Shown: in pieces, positions 48,521-61,783 of the stretch
How the letters are laid out: each line of letters begins with the position of its first letter
How positions within the stretch are numbered: position 1 is the stretch's first letter
DNA from: Octopus sinensis
Lineage: Eukaryota
Assembly (NCBI RefSeq): GCF_006345805.1
Contig: NC_043002.1
Location: 78,492,001 to 78,556,000, forward strand
DNA: 64,000 nt
Direction: 5' to 3'
Made by a program: the position numbers and the translations under genes
The notes under the pieces: generated by a model
Databases searched by the model: none
Seen by the model: only the letters and a program-made list of their open reading frames with translations
What the model was told of the DNA's origin: nothing

Positions 48521-50621
48521 AGAAGTTGGGAGTTGACAGTTGCAAGGAAAACTGATGCAGAAAGAGAATGTCAGAGAGAATGCTAATGTTCTGGGAGGCG
48601 AGGAAGTATTGGGTGTAGTTTAATGTTGTTGTTGGAGCTGGAATATAAAATATAATATTGGTTCAAAAATGGTCTTTTAAATTGGAACGAAAGCTTATCA
48701 TTTCCCTGTTTCCTTTTTACAATTGCTTATTGAGTAGATCACACTTGGTAAAACTTTAAAAGTTTATATCTTCATTATACTTGTACATCAAATAGCAAAT
48801 GAGATCTGGATTTGACATGAATTTATTTACAGATTTATGATAAGATTATAAGATAATTATGTAATCTGCCTGATTGTGAAGACTGCACTTAGCAATACAT
48901 TTTGCATGCAGCCCCATTGACCACTATCAAGCAATCTCTTGCTTTTGTTACTACAAAAGTCCTCTGCTCTTCTGAACATGCTAATTATATTTTATCCAAT
49001 CTAAACTCGCTTAATGTACCCAATTCTCTTATAATCTCTAATTATGTCTCAGTTCTCAGAGCCTTGAATCAAATTTTCCTCCTCACAACAGCAAACATCT
49101 GGAATTTCAGAGGGTTCTGGAAATTTATACAAGTGTAGGGGCAGTGAAAGAAGTAGAGATAAGTGTCATCTGTAAGGCTTTAGTTAATAATGAATGTGGG
49201 TTGAATGCTTATGGTTTTAAGAAAGGTCTAATAATTGTTATGTTCAGCAGCAATTCGGCTGTCTTTATGTTCTGAGTTCAAATTCTACCAAGGTCAATTT
49301 CACCTTTCATCCTTGACATCATAAAGACCAGTTGAGTACTGAGGTCAATGTAATTCACTTACCCACTCCCCCAAACTTATTGGCTTTGTGCCAAACTTTG
49401 AAACTGATATATTTTTTACAGCGTCTGTAAACAATTTGTATAAAAAATAAATACAAAAAGAAAATTATAAAACAATTGACTGAGATAAAAATGTTTGTGT
49501 GAAAAATAGAATTTTTCATTAAAAAACAGAAAAGGGGAATAGTTTTTTGTTAAATGTAAATAATTAAAATACTATTAAATTACAAGGTATACACACACAC
49601 ACACACACACACATCACTGCTTAAATTCTTAAAAATTAATCTTTTAGAACACACTATGTATAAAACAGTGTTGGTAGAAAATTGGAGTGAGATGGATGGA
49701 CAACAGAATTTCTTGTTTTATTTGAGCCTTTGTGCTGTAATTTAATCCATATGTGACAGAAGGATATGAAGTGTTTTAGCTGGGTGTAGCCTGGCTTAGT
49801 AAACCTATCAGGGCTTGAGAATTTCAGTAGAAAGAGGAAACTATACTGAACTGTGAGAAATGCAACTGATATCAGTCTCAGATATCCTTGACAACAGTAG
49901 GAAAGTTTATTGTTTTTTTTTCTCAAGATAAGCTGGGTTATATGTCACAGGGTAAAGAGAAATAATTGGGCGATGGAGGAGAGAATATATGCCAGTTCTG
50001 CTGTTTCTGGGTAGTTGTCAGTATAATAAGGAATGTCATTTGTATATCTTTAAGAGAATTGTCTCCACCCAACCTGCTGCCCATCCCACAGACTTCTCTT
50101 TCAATTATTTCTTCTCCATCTCAGATTCATAGAATGGATAATTTTCTCTCTCTCTCTCTTGAAAATCAAATAAACCTTTATGAAATGGAGAGTACTTTGT
50201 TTTTATGGAGCAAGTCCCATTCTTTTACAGTCCCTTTCTGCACAATCTAAGACCACCCATTACTGTGTGTGTGTGTGTGTTGGAATCTTTGAATCTTCTA
50301 GTTCTGGTCTGGTGATAAAAGAGAATTAAAGAGAAGAGAAACAAGAACAAAACTAAACATTATTAAACATGATGCAAGAAGAAGAAAAATGTTTCCCAGA
50401 TTTCTTCTTTTTCTTTTGTTTTGTTTTATATTGACCATGACCAATTCTCTTCAAATAAGAAAAGTGTTTTATAAGTGTGAAGAAACTAGGCTTTAAAGTG
50501 TGTAGTTTCATCCGTGTGTTGTTTTTAATAAGGTTTATTCTTTTATTCTTGATTTTTAAAAAATCTTTTAATTGTTTTAAGTCATTGGACTGCAGCCATA
50601 GTAGGGCACCCACCACCTCAA

Positions 50622-50843
50622 CCCTTTTGATACCAACCCGGTTGAAACCGGCTCTGGCTCTGAGTTCAAACGTGTTGTTTTAAAAGTTCTAAATTAAAAA
50701 TCTTTCACAAAACCTTAGTCACAATTTATGTTACTAACTCTAGCTGAATGATAGCTAAGTTATTTTACTAAATTCTTTGTTATAGTTAAAGTAATTGAAA
50801 GAAACACAGAGCATCTCAAAAAATAAATACAGTAGCGAAAAGG
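50622..50843 (+). mobile_element. piggyBac-type MITE (family 1) inserted in a family-C SINE
   Basis: Matches 27563-27782; flanks TCAA / TTAA. Confidence 0.85.
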
Positions 50844-51021
50844 TTAAAGGGTCTTAGTTGAATGAATCGACCCCAGTACTTATTTTTTTTTAAAGCCTGC
50901 TACTTATTCTGTTAGTCTGTTTTGCCAAACCACTAAGTTACAGTGACGTAAACAAACCAGCACTAGTTGTCAAGTGGTGGTGGTGGTGGTGGTGGGGGTC
51001 GTGCACACACCACACACTATA

Positions 51022-51060
<39 letters not shown>

Positions 51061-51980
51061 GCTGTGTTGTAAGTAGCTTGCTTACAAACTACATGGTTCC
51101 GGGTTCAATCCCACTGCGTGGCACCTTGGGCAAGTGTCTTCTACTATAGCCTCAGGCCAACCAAAGCCTTGTGAGTGGATTTGATAGATGGAAACTGAAA
51201 GAAGCCCGTCGTATATATGCATAACAGCACATGGCTCACAATTGTAAGCTCGTGAGTTCAATTCCAGGCGATGCATTGTGTCCTTGAGCAAGAAACTTTA
51301 TTTCACATCACCCCAGTCCACTTTATTTCACGTTACTCAGCTGGCAAAAATGAGTAGTGCCTGTATTTCAAAGGGCCAGCCTTGTCACACCTTGTGTCAC
51401 ACTGAATCTTGCTGAGAACTGCATTAAGGGTACATATGTCTGTGGAGTGCTCAGCCACTTGTATGTTAATTTCACGAGCAAGCTGTTCTGTTGATCATAT
51501 CAGTAGTGCTCCTCTATATGTGTGTGTGTATATATATATATGTATGTATGTGTATATGTTTGTGTGTGTTTGCCTCCCACCATCGGTTGACAACTGATGT
51601 TGGTGTGTTTACGTCCCCATTACTTAGCAGTTTGGCAAAAGACACTGATAGGATAAGTATTAGGCTTACAAAGAATAAGTCCTGGGGTCGAATTGTTCGA
51701 CTAAAGGTGGTGCTCCAGCATGGCCGCAGTCAAATGACTGAAACAAATAAAAGAATAAAAGAATACTTATGTGATGGGCTTCTTTCAGTTTCTGTCTACC
51801 AAATCCACTCACAAGGTTTTGGAACCATGTGATCGGGAAACAAACTATTTTGTACACAGCCACACCTGAACCAAAATATATACAAATAGTAGTTGTAACA
51901 TTAGTATTTTAAAATAGTCAAAACTACCATTGCATTTTGTAAAATGTCTTTTTTGTCAATTATATAAATACAGTGTTTAA

Positions 51981-52199
51981 CCCTTTAGTGTTCAGATTAC
52001 TCCATCAAATGTAATACTTGTTTATTCACATTTTTTTAATTAATCATGCTTAATCTCATAGATTTGAGATAGTGACAATGTGATTGTTTATTTTTAGAGT
52101 GACATTATGGGGTAGGCGTGAGAGGTTGGATCTGGCCAGTTAGACCATGAAACAAGTAGAATATTTGGGCCAAATATGGCTGGTTTAAATGCTAAAAGG
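51981..52199 (-). mobile_element. piggyBac-type MITE (family 2)
   Basis: TTAA-CCCTTTAG...CTAAAAGG-TTAA. Other copies near 56350-56890 (split by a SINE) and 58308-58510. Confidence 0.85.
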
Positions 52200-52295
52200 T
52201 TAAAACAAAATATTCTTTCGCAAATTTTAAATGGAAGGTTTAACACTGTTAAAACAGACTATCTTAAAATTATACAGACACATATGGTATGTGTG

Positions 52296-52338
<43 letters not shown>

Positions 52339-52389
52339 TATATATATATTTTCCTCCATCTTCCCTTCTCTGGATCTTCCGTTTCCTAT

Positions 52390-52424
52390 GTTTCTGACGA
52401 AGAGCTCTGCACGAAACGTTAAAC
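52390..52424 (+). ncRNA. Minimal type I hammerhead ribozyme motif in a Penelope-like remnant (~52330-52527) between (TA)n tracts
   Basis: GUUU-CUGACGA-A-GAGC-UCU-GCAC-GAAAC-GU-U-AAAC. Stem I 4 bp; stem II with one A.A mismatch; palindromic ACGU stem III. Confidence 0.6.
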
Positions 52425-52523
52425 CCTCTTTCTTCCCTCCCTTCCTGAGCGTCCAATAATACTATAGTAGTTCCACGTCCTCGCGTTGTTGTGTTTTCTC
52501 TTTGTGTTTTCATGTTTGGATTA

Positions 52524-52576
<53 letters not shown>

Positions 52577-52580
<4 letters not shown>

Positions 52581-52980
52581 GCTGTGTGGTAAGTAGCTTG
52601 CTTACCAACCACATGGTTCCGGGGTCAGTCCCACTGCGTGGCACCTTGGACAAGTATCTTCTACTATAGCTTCAGGCCGACCAAAGCCTTGTGAGTGGAT
52701 TTGGTAGACGGAAACCTGAAGAAGCTCGTTGTATATCTGTATATATTTATATGTATGTATGTGTATATGTTTGTGTGTCTGTGTTTGTCCCCCCAACATT
52801 GCTTGACAACTGATGGTGGTGTGCTTATGTTCCCGTAACTTAGCGGTTCGGCATAAGAGACCGATAGAATAAGTACTAGGCTTACAAAAAATAAGTCCAG
52901 GGGTCGATTTCCTCGACTATAGACAGTGCTCCAGCATGGCCACAGTCAAATGACTGAAACAAGTAAAAGAGTAAAAGAGT
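52577..52980 (+). mobile_element. Full-length family-C SINE
   Basis: Colinear with 3951-4320. Confidence 0.85.
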
Positions 52981-54358
52981 ATAAGAAAATAAACCAAAGA
53001 AAAATACAAAGCTGAGAAACATTTGTAACATATGTAATTATCAAAAGATCAAAACAACTAGTCAAACACTATATTTTACTTGTTTCACTCATTTGACAGC
53101 AGCCCTGCTGGGGTTACATCTTGAAGGGTTTTAGTTAAACAAATTGTTCCCAGGACTTTCTATTTTTTAAAGCCTGGTACTTATTCTATTATTCTTTTTT
53201 GTGAAGCTGTTATGGGAATGTAAATAAACCAGCACCGGTCGTCAAGCAGTGGTCGGGGAAAAACACATACACAAAGATGCATGTGTGTGCACAAACACAC
53301 ATACTCATACTACAGCCGAAGGCACTTACCCAAAATGCCATGCAGTAGGACTGAATCCTGAATCATGTGGTTGAGGAGCAAGCTTCTTATCACACACCCA
53401 CACCTGCACCTATGTTGATTAATTTGTATCATCATCATCAACAACAATCAACCTATAGCTTGTGTCAAGGAACAACCAGAAACAACATACACTGTAGTAC
53501 CATGCAAATACCCTTGTCAAATATTTCTCAGAAATCTTCTGGCAAAAATCACATGGCGAAAACAGAAACAGAAAACGAGGTACAGCCCATCTAATGGGTT
53601 TTTGCAGCTTCCACCTCTCCAGTTTAACTTACAAAGCTTGGGTCAGTCAGTTCAAGGCTATGGTTGCAGACACTTGGCCAAAGTGCTGTATCTTGGTGCA
53701 TGGTCACACTTAGTGCCATGTGATTACAGAGCAAACCTCTTCACCACATGACTACTCTGTGTCTATATATAGGAAGGAAACCTTGGTTACTCAGAGACAG
53801 CACTTTAATGAATTTAAGATAAAAGGCTCCTAGAGAGCTAATATCTATTGTAGGGTTTCTTAGATTAGATGTTCACAGAACTCAACAAATGTGCTTCCAG
53901 CAAGTTTTTGACTGGCTTTTGATATGTTTGGAGAAGGAAACATTGGCATGTAATTACAGCAACTGCAGTATTTTTATTAATTTTTTAAATGTTTCTTAAT
54001 TGGATTTTGGTTTAACACCAAATAGGGGTGTTCTTTTATTCCAGAGATCCTTATGGTATATCAACATTCATACACACTCACACACACATGGTGGGCTTTC
54101 TCTTACAAGGTATTGGTCAGCTCAGTAGTAGAAGATATTCAGGGTGTCATGCAGTGGGGCATATGTTACACGCACGCACACATGCACACAATGTATGTAG
54201 GTGTGTCTATACATATTATACAGGTTAAACGACATTTTTTGGTTTCTTTTTAATTATCTTTCTTTGCTTTTGTTATGTTGTTTCTTTACTTTGACAGGCT
54301 GTAAAAATTACCACCTGAGGCTACTTCTTGTAAGGAATAGCAGAAAATGAATGATAAA

Positions 54359-54590
54359 GGTGGCGAGCTGTGCAGAAACGTTTGCATGCTGGGTGAAATA
54401 CTTAGCGCTATTTCGTCTGCTATTATGTTCTGAGTTCAAATTCCGCCGAGGTCGTCTTTGCCTTTCATCCTTTTGAGGTCAATAAATTAAGTACCAGTTA
54501 CGCCCTGGGGTCGATGTATTTGACTTAATCCCTTTGTCTGTCCTTGTTTGTCCCCTCTATGTTTAGCCCATTGTGGGCAATAACGAAATA
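54359..54590 (+). mobile_element. Family-B SINE with 17-bp TSD AGAAAATGAATGATAAA
   Basis: TSD at 54342-54358 and 54591-54607. Confidence 0.88.
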
Positions 54591-57047
54591 AGAAAATGAA
54601 TGATAAATGTATTTTAAGTAATTCATGGAAATTCTTTTAGGAAGGGTAGTGATTCAATTGTAAAAAGGATGGACAAACCCTCATCAGTTGATGTAATAAA
54701 ACAGTGACAATCACTGACAAATTTAGTATCCTGAAATTCAAAACTTAATGCACAGAATAGTTATCAGTGCGTAAAATTCTAAGGATAGGAAAATGGTTGT
54801 AACTTTGAAGCATTTTTTTTGGCTTAATAACTTTAGATATTTGATACAGTTGTGTTGGGGAGGTGTTTTTATTTCAGCCAAATGCCATCCATCTTTGCCA
54901 GCCTCCCAGTTTTAAAGAGCTGCTAGTATTTCTTTATCACTTTGTCTCTTCTTTAATCCTTGTTCTTCTAGATTGAAATAAGCTAAAGTAAATTGGAGAG
55001 TTCGTTTTCCCTGGCAGCATCTTTATCATTTTTGTCAGACACAGCTTATATTTACTCTGCCATAATTAATTGATTTTTTTCATTCAGACACAGCTAGAAA
55101 TTCTTAAAACATTGTGGAATTTTTCTCTGTAGAAGTCAAGAGACTCACATGTACTTAAACTTTTTCTCTTGTTGTCAAGCCCATACTCTCTCCCTCTGCC
55201 ACATTCTTACTCTTTCTCTCTCACCCCCCTCTCTCTCTCTTTCTCTCTCACACTCACACATACATTTTATGTGACAGTTTACAGAATGATATTCTAACCC
55301 TTTCTTTCAAAGTATATTTGTACCAGGGCAAACAAAAAACTCGCATAGTTTGAGAGACCTACTCTGGTGCACTGATGCCATACCACAGAATATTCCTTTC
55401 CCAACAAAATATCAAAACATGAAACAGTATGCTACATTAGTTCTTGTAGACCCAGGCAGCATGTTTTAATGTTATATAAGCTGCATCGTTGGCCTTTATA
55501 GTTTTAAATCTTGTAGCATGTGATTGTTTTGAAGATGGTTAGGAGATTTTTGGAGAAGTTTTATTGCTAGATTGAGCTAGTATATCAGCAATCAAAGCCT
55601 TGTGAATGGATTTCGTAGAAGGAAATTGAAAGAAACCTGTCATATATACATGTATATACATACATATATGTGTGTGTGTGTGTGTGTGTGTGTATATTTA
55701 TATATATATATCTGTATATGTATGTATGTATATGTATATACATATACATATATCTGTGTGTGTCTCTATGTTTGTGTTTGTCCCGATCACTACTTGACAA
55801 CCAGTGTTGGTTTGTTTACATCCCTGTAACTTAGTGGTTTGGTAAAAAGTGACCAATAGAATAAGTACCAGACTAGAAAAATGGTAAATAAATACTGGGG
55901 TTGATTCATTCAGCTAAGATTCTTCAAGGCGGTGTCCCAACATGGCCACAGTGTAATGACTGAAACAAGTAAAAGATAAATGATATATATTGACACTGAC
56001 TCCCCCCACCCCTCAGAATCATAAAAGAATTTAGTAAGAATTTGAGTAGAAAAATAAATCTATCATTTAGCAGGAAAATAGTCCACAAAGCTTCTTCACC
56101 TTATGATATTGTATTAACAACATTAGCAAGAAGTGAATTTAGTGAAAAAACTGAAATACACAGGACAAATGAAGCAATTAAACTGCAGAACAAGGAGAAT
56201 TCAATACTGGTTAATTGTAGAGGAAGAATTTATTGAGAACTGTGTGATAATGGGATTTAGGGAATAACTGAAAATGATATTGAGATATATTTCTGTTTCT
56301 TAGTAATGACAATTAATGACAGCTTGCTGTAGAATTTAAAACTAGAGCTTGACCCTTTAGCAGCCAGATTAACCTGTCAACTGTAATACTTATTTATTCT
56401 CATTGTTTTGAATTAGTCATCATTATCATCGTTTAATATCCGCTTTCCATGCTAGCATGGGTTGGACGATTTGACTGAGGTCTGGCGAACCAGACTCCAA
56501 TCTGATCTGGCAGAGTTTCTACAGCTGGATGCCTTTCCTAATGCCAACCACTCCGAGAGTGTAGTGGGTGCTTTTATGTGCCACCGGCACGAGGGCCAGT
56601 TTGGTGGTACTGGCAATGGCCACGCTCAAATGGTGCCTTTTATATGCCACCTGCACAGGAGCAAGTCCAGCGGCACAGGCAACGACCTCGCTTGAATGTT
56701 TTTTCGCGTGCCACCAGCACAAGTGCTAGTAATGTGACCATGCATTATTTTGTAGCTTTGAGTTTTCAATGACATGACTTTATTTTTAGCATGACCTTGT
56801 AGGATAGGTATAAGAGACTAGATCTGGCCAATTTGAGCATAAAGCATGTAGAATATTTGGGTTAGATGTGGCCTGTTTAAATGCTCGGGGTTGATATGGG
56901 ACTGATGGTACACAATAGTAGAGTGATATGTGAACAGGTTATAAGAAAGGGAGGAATTTTAAATGATTGTGGAAATCTGGTTGTGTGTGAAGGGAATTTT
57001 AGGGAATTGTAGTGATAGATTTGTAGATGTATTTATGTATGGCTATA

Positions 57048-58277
57048 TACAAGAAGGTACCCTAAAGTAACCAGAAATGTTTTCTGTGGGACATGCTCAT
57101 TGTAGTTCAGGCTTCTACTGCTAGAAGTCACTTGATCCAACCCTCAGGTATCAGTCTGCTGACTAGTGTCATTGACTGGAGTTGTACTGTCATGTGGTGC
57201 ATCTTCATTTTGTTGTACTTCTCCCCTGTTTATCGCTTTTTGTAGTGGCTGAAATGAAGGAACCATCTGCTTCTGTGAAATTCTGCTTTCTGCTTTGGAA
57301 AATGGTGGCCAAAACAATTGTCATGCTTCAAACAACTTACAAGGATGCTGCCATGAGGAAAACACAAATATACGAATGGTTTTCACACTTTAGGAATGGT
57401 CACTTGTTGCTTGAAGACCAACTTCATTCAGGGCAACTGTTGACACCACCACCCCACACACAAATGAAAACATCATGAAAATGCATGAACTGATCTTGGA
57501 GGACTGTCGCTGAACAATTGATAAATTTGTTGATGTGGCCGTTTGCCAGCTCTGTCTGGCCCCCGTGTGGGTGGCACGTAAAAGCACCATCCGTTCGTGT
57601 CCGTTGCCAGCCTCGCCTGGCCCCGTGCCGGTGACACGTAAAAGCACCATCCGTTCGTGGCCGTTTGCCAGCTCTGTCTGGCACCTGTGCAGGTGGCACG
57701 TAAAAAGCACCCACTACACTCACGGAGTGGTTGGCGTTAGGAAGGGCATCCAGCCGTAGAAACACTGCCAGATCTGACTGGCCTGATGAAGCCTTCCAGC
57801 TTCACAGACCCCAGTTGAACCGTCCAACCCATGCTAGCATGGAGAATGGACGCTAAATGATGATGATGATGAACTGTTGTGTGCTGGAGCTCCTGCCAAC
57901 AAATTTTGAGCAAAGAATTGTGAATGAAAAAGTTTGCAGCAAAATTTGTACCTCGTTTGCACACGGCAGATCAAAAGCAGTCATGACTGAATGTGTAATC
58001 CCACTTACTCACCCTCCCTATTCACCCGATCTTGATCTCTGTGACATTTTTTGTTCCTTTTAATGAAAACGGTTCTTAAAGGAAAAGATGTGGAGGAGGT
58101 GAAGAAAAAAACAATGGAGGTGTTAAAAGGCATCACTTCCCAAGAGTTCCAGGACTGCTTTGAACAGTGGAAAATGCATCTGGACTTTGAAGGCGATAAA
58201 AGTGTAAACATGTAAAACTAAGTGAATAAAATAGTATTGCACAGTTCCAGTTTCTTTTAGGTATCCTCTTCTATGTA
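57048..58277 (+). mobile_element. Internally deleted mariner element split by a family-A insertion (57535-57870)
   Basis: SVKFCFLL.K....T..MLQT.YKDAAM.KTQIYEWF and HPPYSPDL motifs; decayed TIRs with TA flanks. Confidence 0.85.
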
Positions 58278-58758
58278 TATACAGGCTGGTTTGTATTTAC
58301 ATAGATTTAACCATTTTGCATTTAAACTGGCCATATCTAACCAAAATATTCTGGCCAGATCTGGTCTCTCACACCTAATTTACAATGTCATTCTAAAAGT
58401 AATCACATCATTGAAATTTTGAAGCTACAAGTTAATGCATGATTAATTCAAAACAATGTGAATAAATGACCATCACATTTGACAGAGTAATTTACATAAT
58501 AATGGGTTAAGTACATGAATAGACATATATAGACTTGAGCATGTATTCATGTGCAAACATATATGTGTAAACTCTTCTGCATCAATATAAATGCAAATGT
58601 ATAGGAACAAAAACAACCATGTGTAGGAAAATGCACACCTATGCATAGAATATACAAATATATGCATATGTACATACAAGCATGTACATATAGATGTATA
58701 GCAGGGCTTTTCTTAAAATCTGGGTCAGTTTGTTTTTTTAAAGACTTTTTTTTATATA

Positions 58759-60084
58759 CCTTAAAAACCCATGTAATTTATGCACTTTTTTTTTTTCGCA
58801 AAAATACAAATAAACTTCAGGTGTTCGTAAATTACATAAGTAGATTGTTTCCAGAATTTTTCTAGAAATTTTTTTTTGTTGAAAAAAGACGTGCAAAACA
58901 TAAACATTTGTACTGGAAGTTGACTCATTTAATGCCAGAATAAGTTTTTACCGAAAAAATAAGGGCTTAAATATAATGAAGCTGACTTTTATTTATTCTG
59001 GATAGTATAATGCTTATTTTTTCTGTATAAATTTACTAACACCGTTAAATGGTTAACTACTTTTTGAAGCCTGATGATAGTACCAGTTTAATGAAGCTTT
59101 AAAGTCCACACTGTCGGCACTATATTTGGTCTTAAATAACTGACTAGCACATAATCTTATCTTGGTGGTGCTTACACCAAAACCCTCATCACGTTTGTCA
59201 CATATCCAATGATAAAGTTCAGTCTCTAACTTGGGGAATTTTTCAGATTTACTCCTATTGGCATGTTTATTACTAGGTACAGTTTTAAGTTTGCCATACT
59301 GTTTATGCCAATTTCGAAGATTGGCTTTGTTAACATTAAAATGCCTTCCGGTAGCTCTATTGCCACGTTCAAATGCATATCCAACAATATTTAATTTCTC
59401 CTTCGCAGTAAATGATTCATAAGTTCTGCCCATACTGATAATAACAGTAATGACAAATTTTTAAGTTTGCTTGACATTTTATAAGGGATTAAAATTTTGA
59501 TACTCCATATCAAAAATTCCTACAAGAATAGGTGGAAAATCAGAGCTTGGGACAAGAAGACGCATTCAACCAATCAGAATTCTGTTTACATAATCAGTTT
59601 GATTGGTCTGTTAGTTGAGTAAAGTGTCATTCAAGCTGATGTTTATTGGTAATTAAACTTAATTTGCAACACCTGTGTGTATTTATCAGCTTTGCTTATT
59701 ATCAACAACTTTTCTTGTGATCATGATTAGAGAAGACATACAGCAGTATGCTAAAGATCAGACATAATCTCTTGTGGGCAAAAAATGTAAAATAAAGTTT
59801 ATTATAAACAACACAAACACTTTGTAATTTAATAGCTTTTAATGTATTACCTGTTAAACAGAAATTATTTTTATTTAATGAAAATTTTTAAAAATCTAAT
59901 CATAAATAAGTGAAATTATGCTAAATACAACTAAATTGAAAACCTTTTCCCCCTGGCCATATTGGCAATTCTGAAAACTTTTGGGTGGGAACTTTATTTG
60001 AGTAGAAGCTTTTTTTAACAAATTTTATCTTGAAAATCTCCTGCATAAATTACACAGGTGTGCAAATTACATGGGTTTTTATGG
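58759..60084 (-). mobile_element. pogo/Tc2-type non-autonomous element (copy 2, 1326 bp, uninterrupted)
   Basis: TA TSD on both sides; TIR CC(T/A)TAAAAACCCATGTAATTT. Confidence 0.92.
59053..59433 (-). CDS. Truncated pogo (POGK-like) transposase: Brinker-type DNA-binding domain plus CENP-B HTH, no DDE domain
   Basis: SFTAKEKLNIVGYA...NRATGRHFNVNKANLRNW and LETELYHWICDKRDEGFGVSTTKIRLCA; open 126-aa frame. Domain calls by eye. Confidence 0.75.
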   Translation of the reverse strand: MGRTYESFTAKEKLNIVGYAFERGNRATGRHFNVNKANLRNWHKQYGKLKTVPSNKHANRSKSEKFPKLETELYHWICDKRDEGFGVSTTKIRLCASQLFKTKYSADSVDFKASLNWYYHQASKSS

Positions 60085-60326
60085 TATATGATTATTTTAA
60101 ATTTAAGAAAAAATCTTTTGTCAGATAGTGTGACTGTATCAGGAATATTTTTTCAAAAAAAACTTGGTTCGCCAATATGACCTTTTATTGATTTGAAATT
60201 AAAAAAAAAGTTGAAAATCAAAATAAAATTTATATGAAACCATAATTGTATTTATAGTGCTGTCTCTCTTTCCTATAATATTTCTCTGATTTTTGTCTTT
60301 GCCACTTTCCTGTTGTTTTTTTGCAG

Positions 60327-60505
60327 GCTGATAAAGTGGATTCCTACTTACATAGTCAACTTATTAAAACTGAGCCCACAAAAGTACATCTGGCATGTTT
60401 CGGAACCTGGGTTCTCTACCACACACTCTATGTAATGATCAACTACACTCTAGCTGGATTGGAGTTAGAACTCTATGCTACATATGAGTATCATTATATA
60501 TTCTG
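60327..60505 (+). CDS. NAA35: NAA35 coding exon (ADKVDSYLH...[12 protein letters not shown]...[16 protein letters not shown])
   Basis: HLAC.GTWVLYH and ELELY..EY.YI.W motifs; ttgcag/gttagt. Confidence 0.98.
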
Positions 60506-61697
60506 GTTAGTATGATTGACTTGTTGTTATTACTATTATTAAGACAGTAAGCTGGTTCAGGCAGCGAGCTGGCAGAAACGTTAGCATGCTGGGCACAATG
60601 CTTTGTGGTATTTTGTCTGTCTTTACGATCTGAGTTCAAATTCCGCCAAGGTCGACTTTGCCTTTCATCCTGTAATCAACTTAATCCCCTTGTCTGTCAT
60701 TGTTTATCCCCTCTATGTTTAGCCCCTTGTGGCAATAAAGAAATAAGAAAATGAATGATAAATATATTTTAAGTAATTCATGGAAATTCTTTTAGGAAGG
60801 GTAGTGATTCAATTGTAAAAAGGATAGACAAACCCTCATCAGTTGATGTAATGAAACAGTGACAATCACTTGTGGGCAATAAAGAAATAAGACAGTGAGC
60901 TGGTGGAATTGTTAGAATGTTGGAAAAGATGCTTTGTGATATTACTTGAAGCTGTTTATGTTCTGAGTTCAAATCCTGCTGCACTCAACTTTGCCTTTCA
61001 TCACACTGGAGTTGATATAAAAAAAAGTACTTGGATCAATATAAATTGATTAACGTTCTCTTCTCAAAATTACTGACTTTGTGCTTAAATCACCATCAAT
61101 ATCATTTTGGCAGTGAGCTGGCAGAATTGTCACAGAATCATTACCACTGTCTTTTTTTCTCTCTTATTCCAGCTACACTTAATTGCTCTCACCCATATGT
61201 TATGCATGGTAGTAATGCATAATTTCTACTGCAAGAAACCTATTCCTGTCCCTTATTTCATCTTTTAAATCTCATCACTTTGCATAAAGCTGCATCCCTC
61301 TTTACTCCTACCCAACTCTCTCTGATTTGTTATCCTGTTTTATCATACATCCATGCTGGCATGGAAGTGAGTGTTAAATGATAATGTGTATGTGTGTGTG
61401 TGTGTGTGAATGTTTACATTCTGTATGCTCACATTAGAGTATTCAGCCTCCAAAACTGTGATGATATGTTGACAAACCCTCACTAACAAACTGTCTTCTG
61501 AGCTTTTGAAGGTTAGCAACAAGAGGGGCATCCAGTTGCAAGTATTCATCCAACCCATGTTAGAATTGGAAAACAGGCATAAAACAAATGAACGTGTTGT
61601 GTGTGTGTGTGTGTGTGGTGTGTGTGTGAGAGAGAGAGAGAGAGAGATGGGGCATGTATATGGATACTTATAAGATTTGAATGTGTTTTTATTATAG

Positions 61698-61783
61698 GTA
61701 CCTTCATGAAATGCTCTATGCTTGGATGGTATCTACCCTGGTCAGAGCTGATAGTTTTTTGTTGGAACATGAAGCACAAAATG
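61698..61783 (+). CDS. NAA35: NAA35 coding exon (YLHEMLYAWMVSTLVRADSFLLEHEAQN)
   Basis: YL.E.LYAW..STL.RAD motif; ttatag/gtaagt; phase 2/1. Confidence 0.95.

Larger units (their letters stand above)
23571..60326 (+). other. NAA35: 36,756-bp intron of NAA35
   Basis: The flanking exons join in frame as LQEE|ADKVD, matching contiguous LQDE-AEKVD in vertebrate NAA35; no coding exon is missing. Confidence 0.9.
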
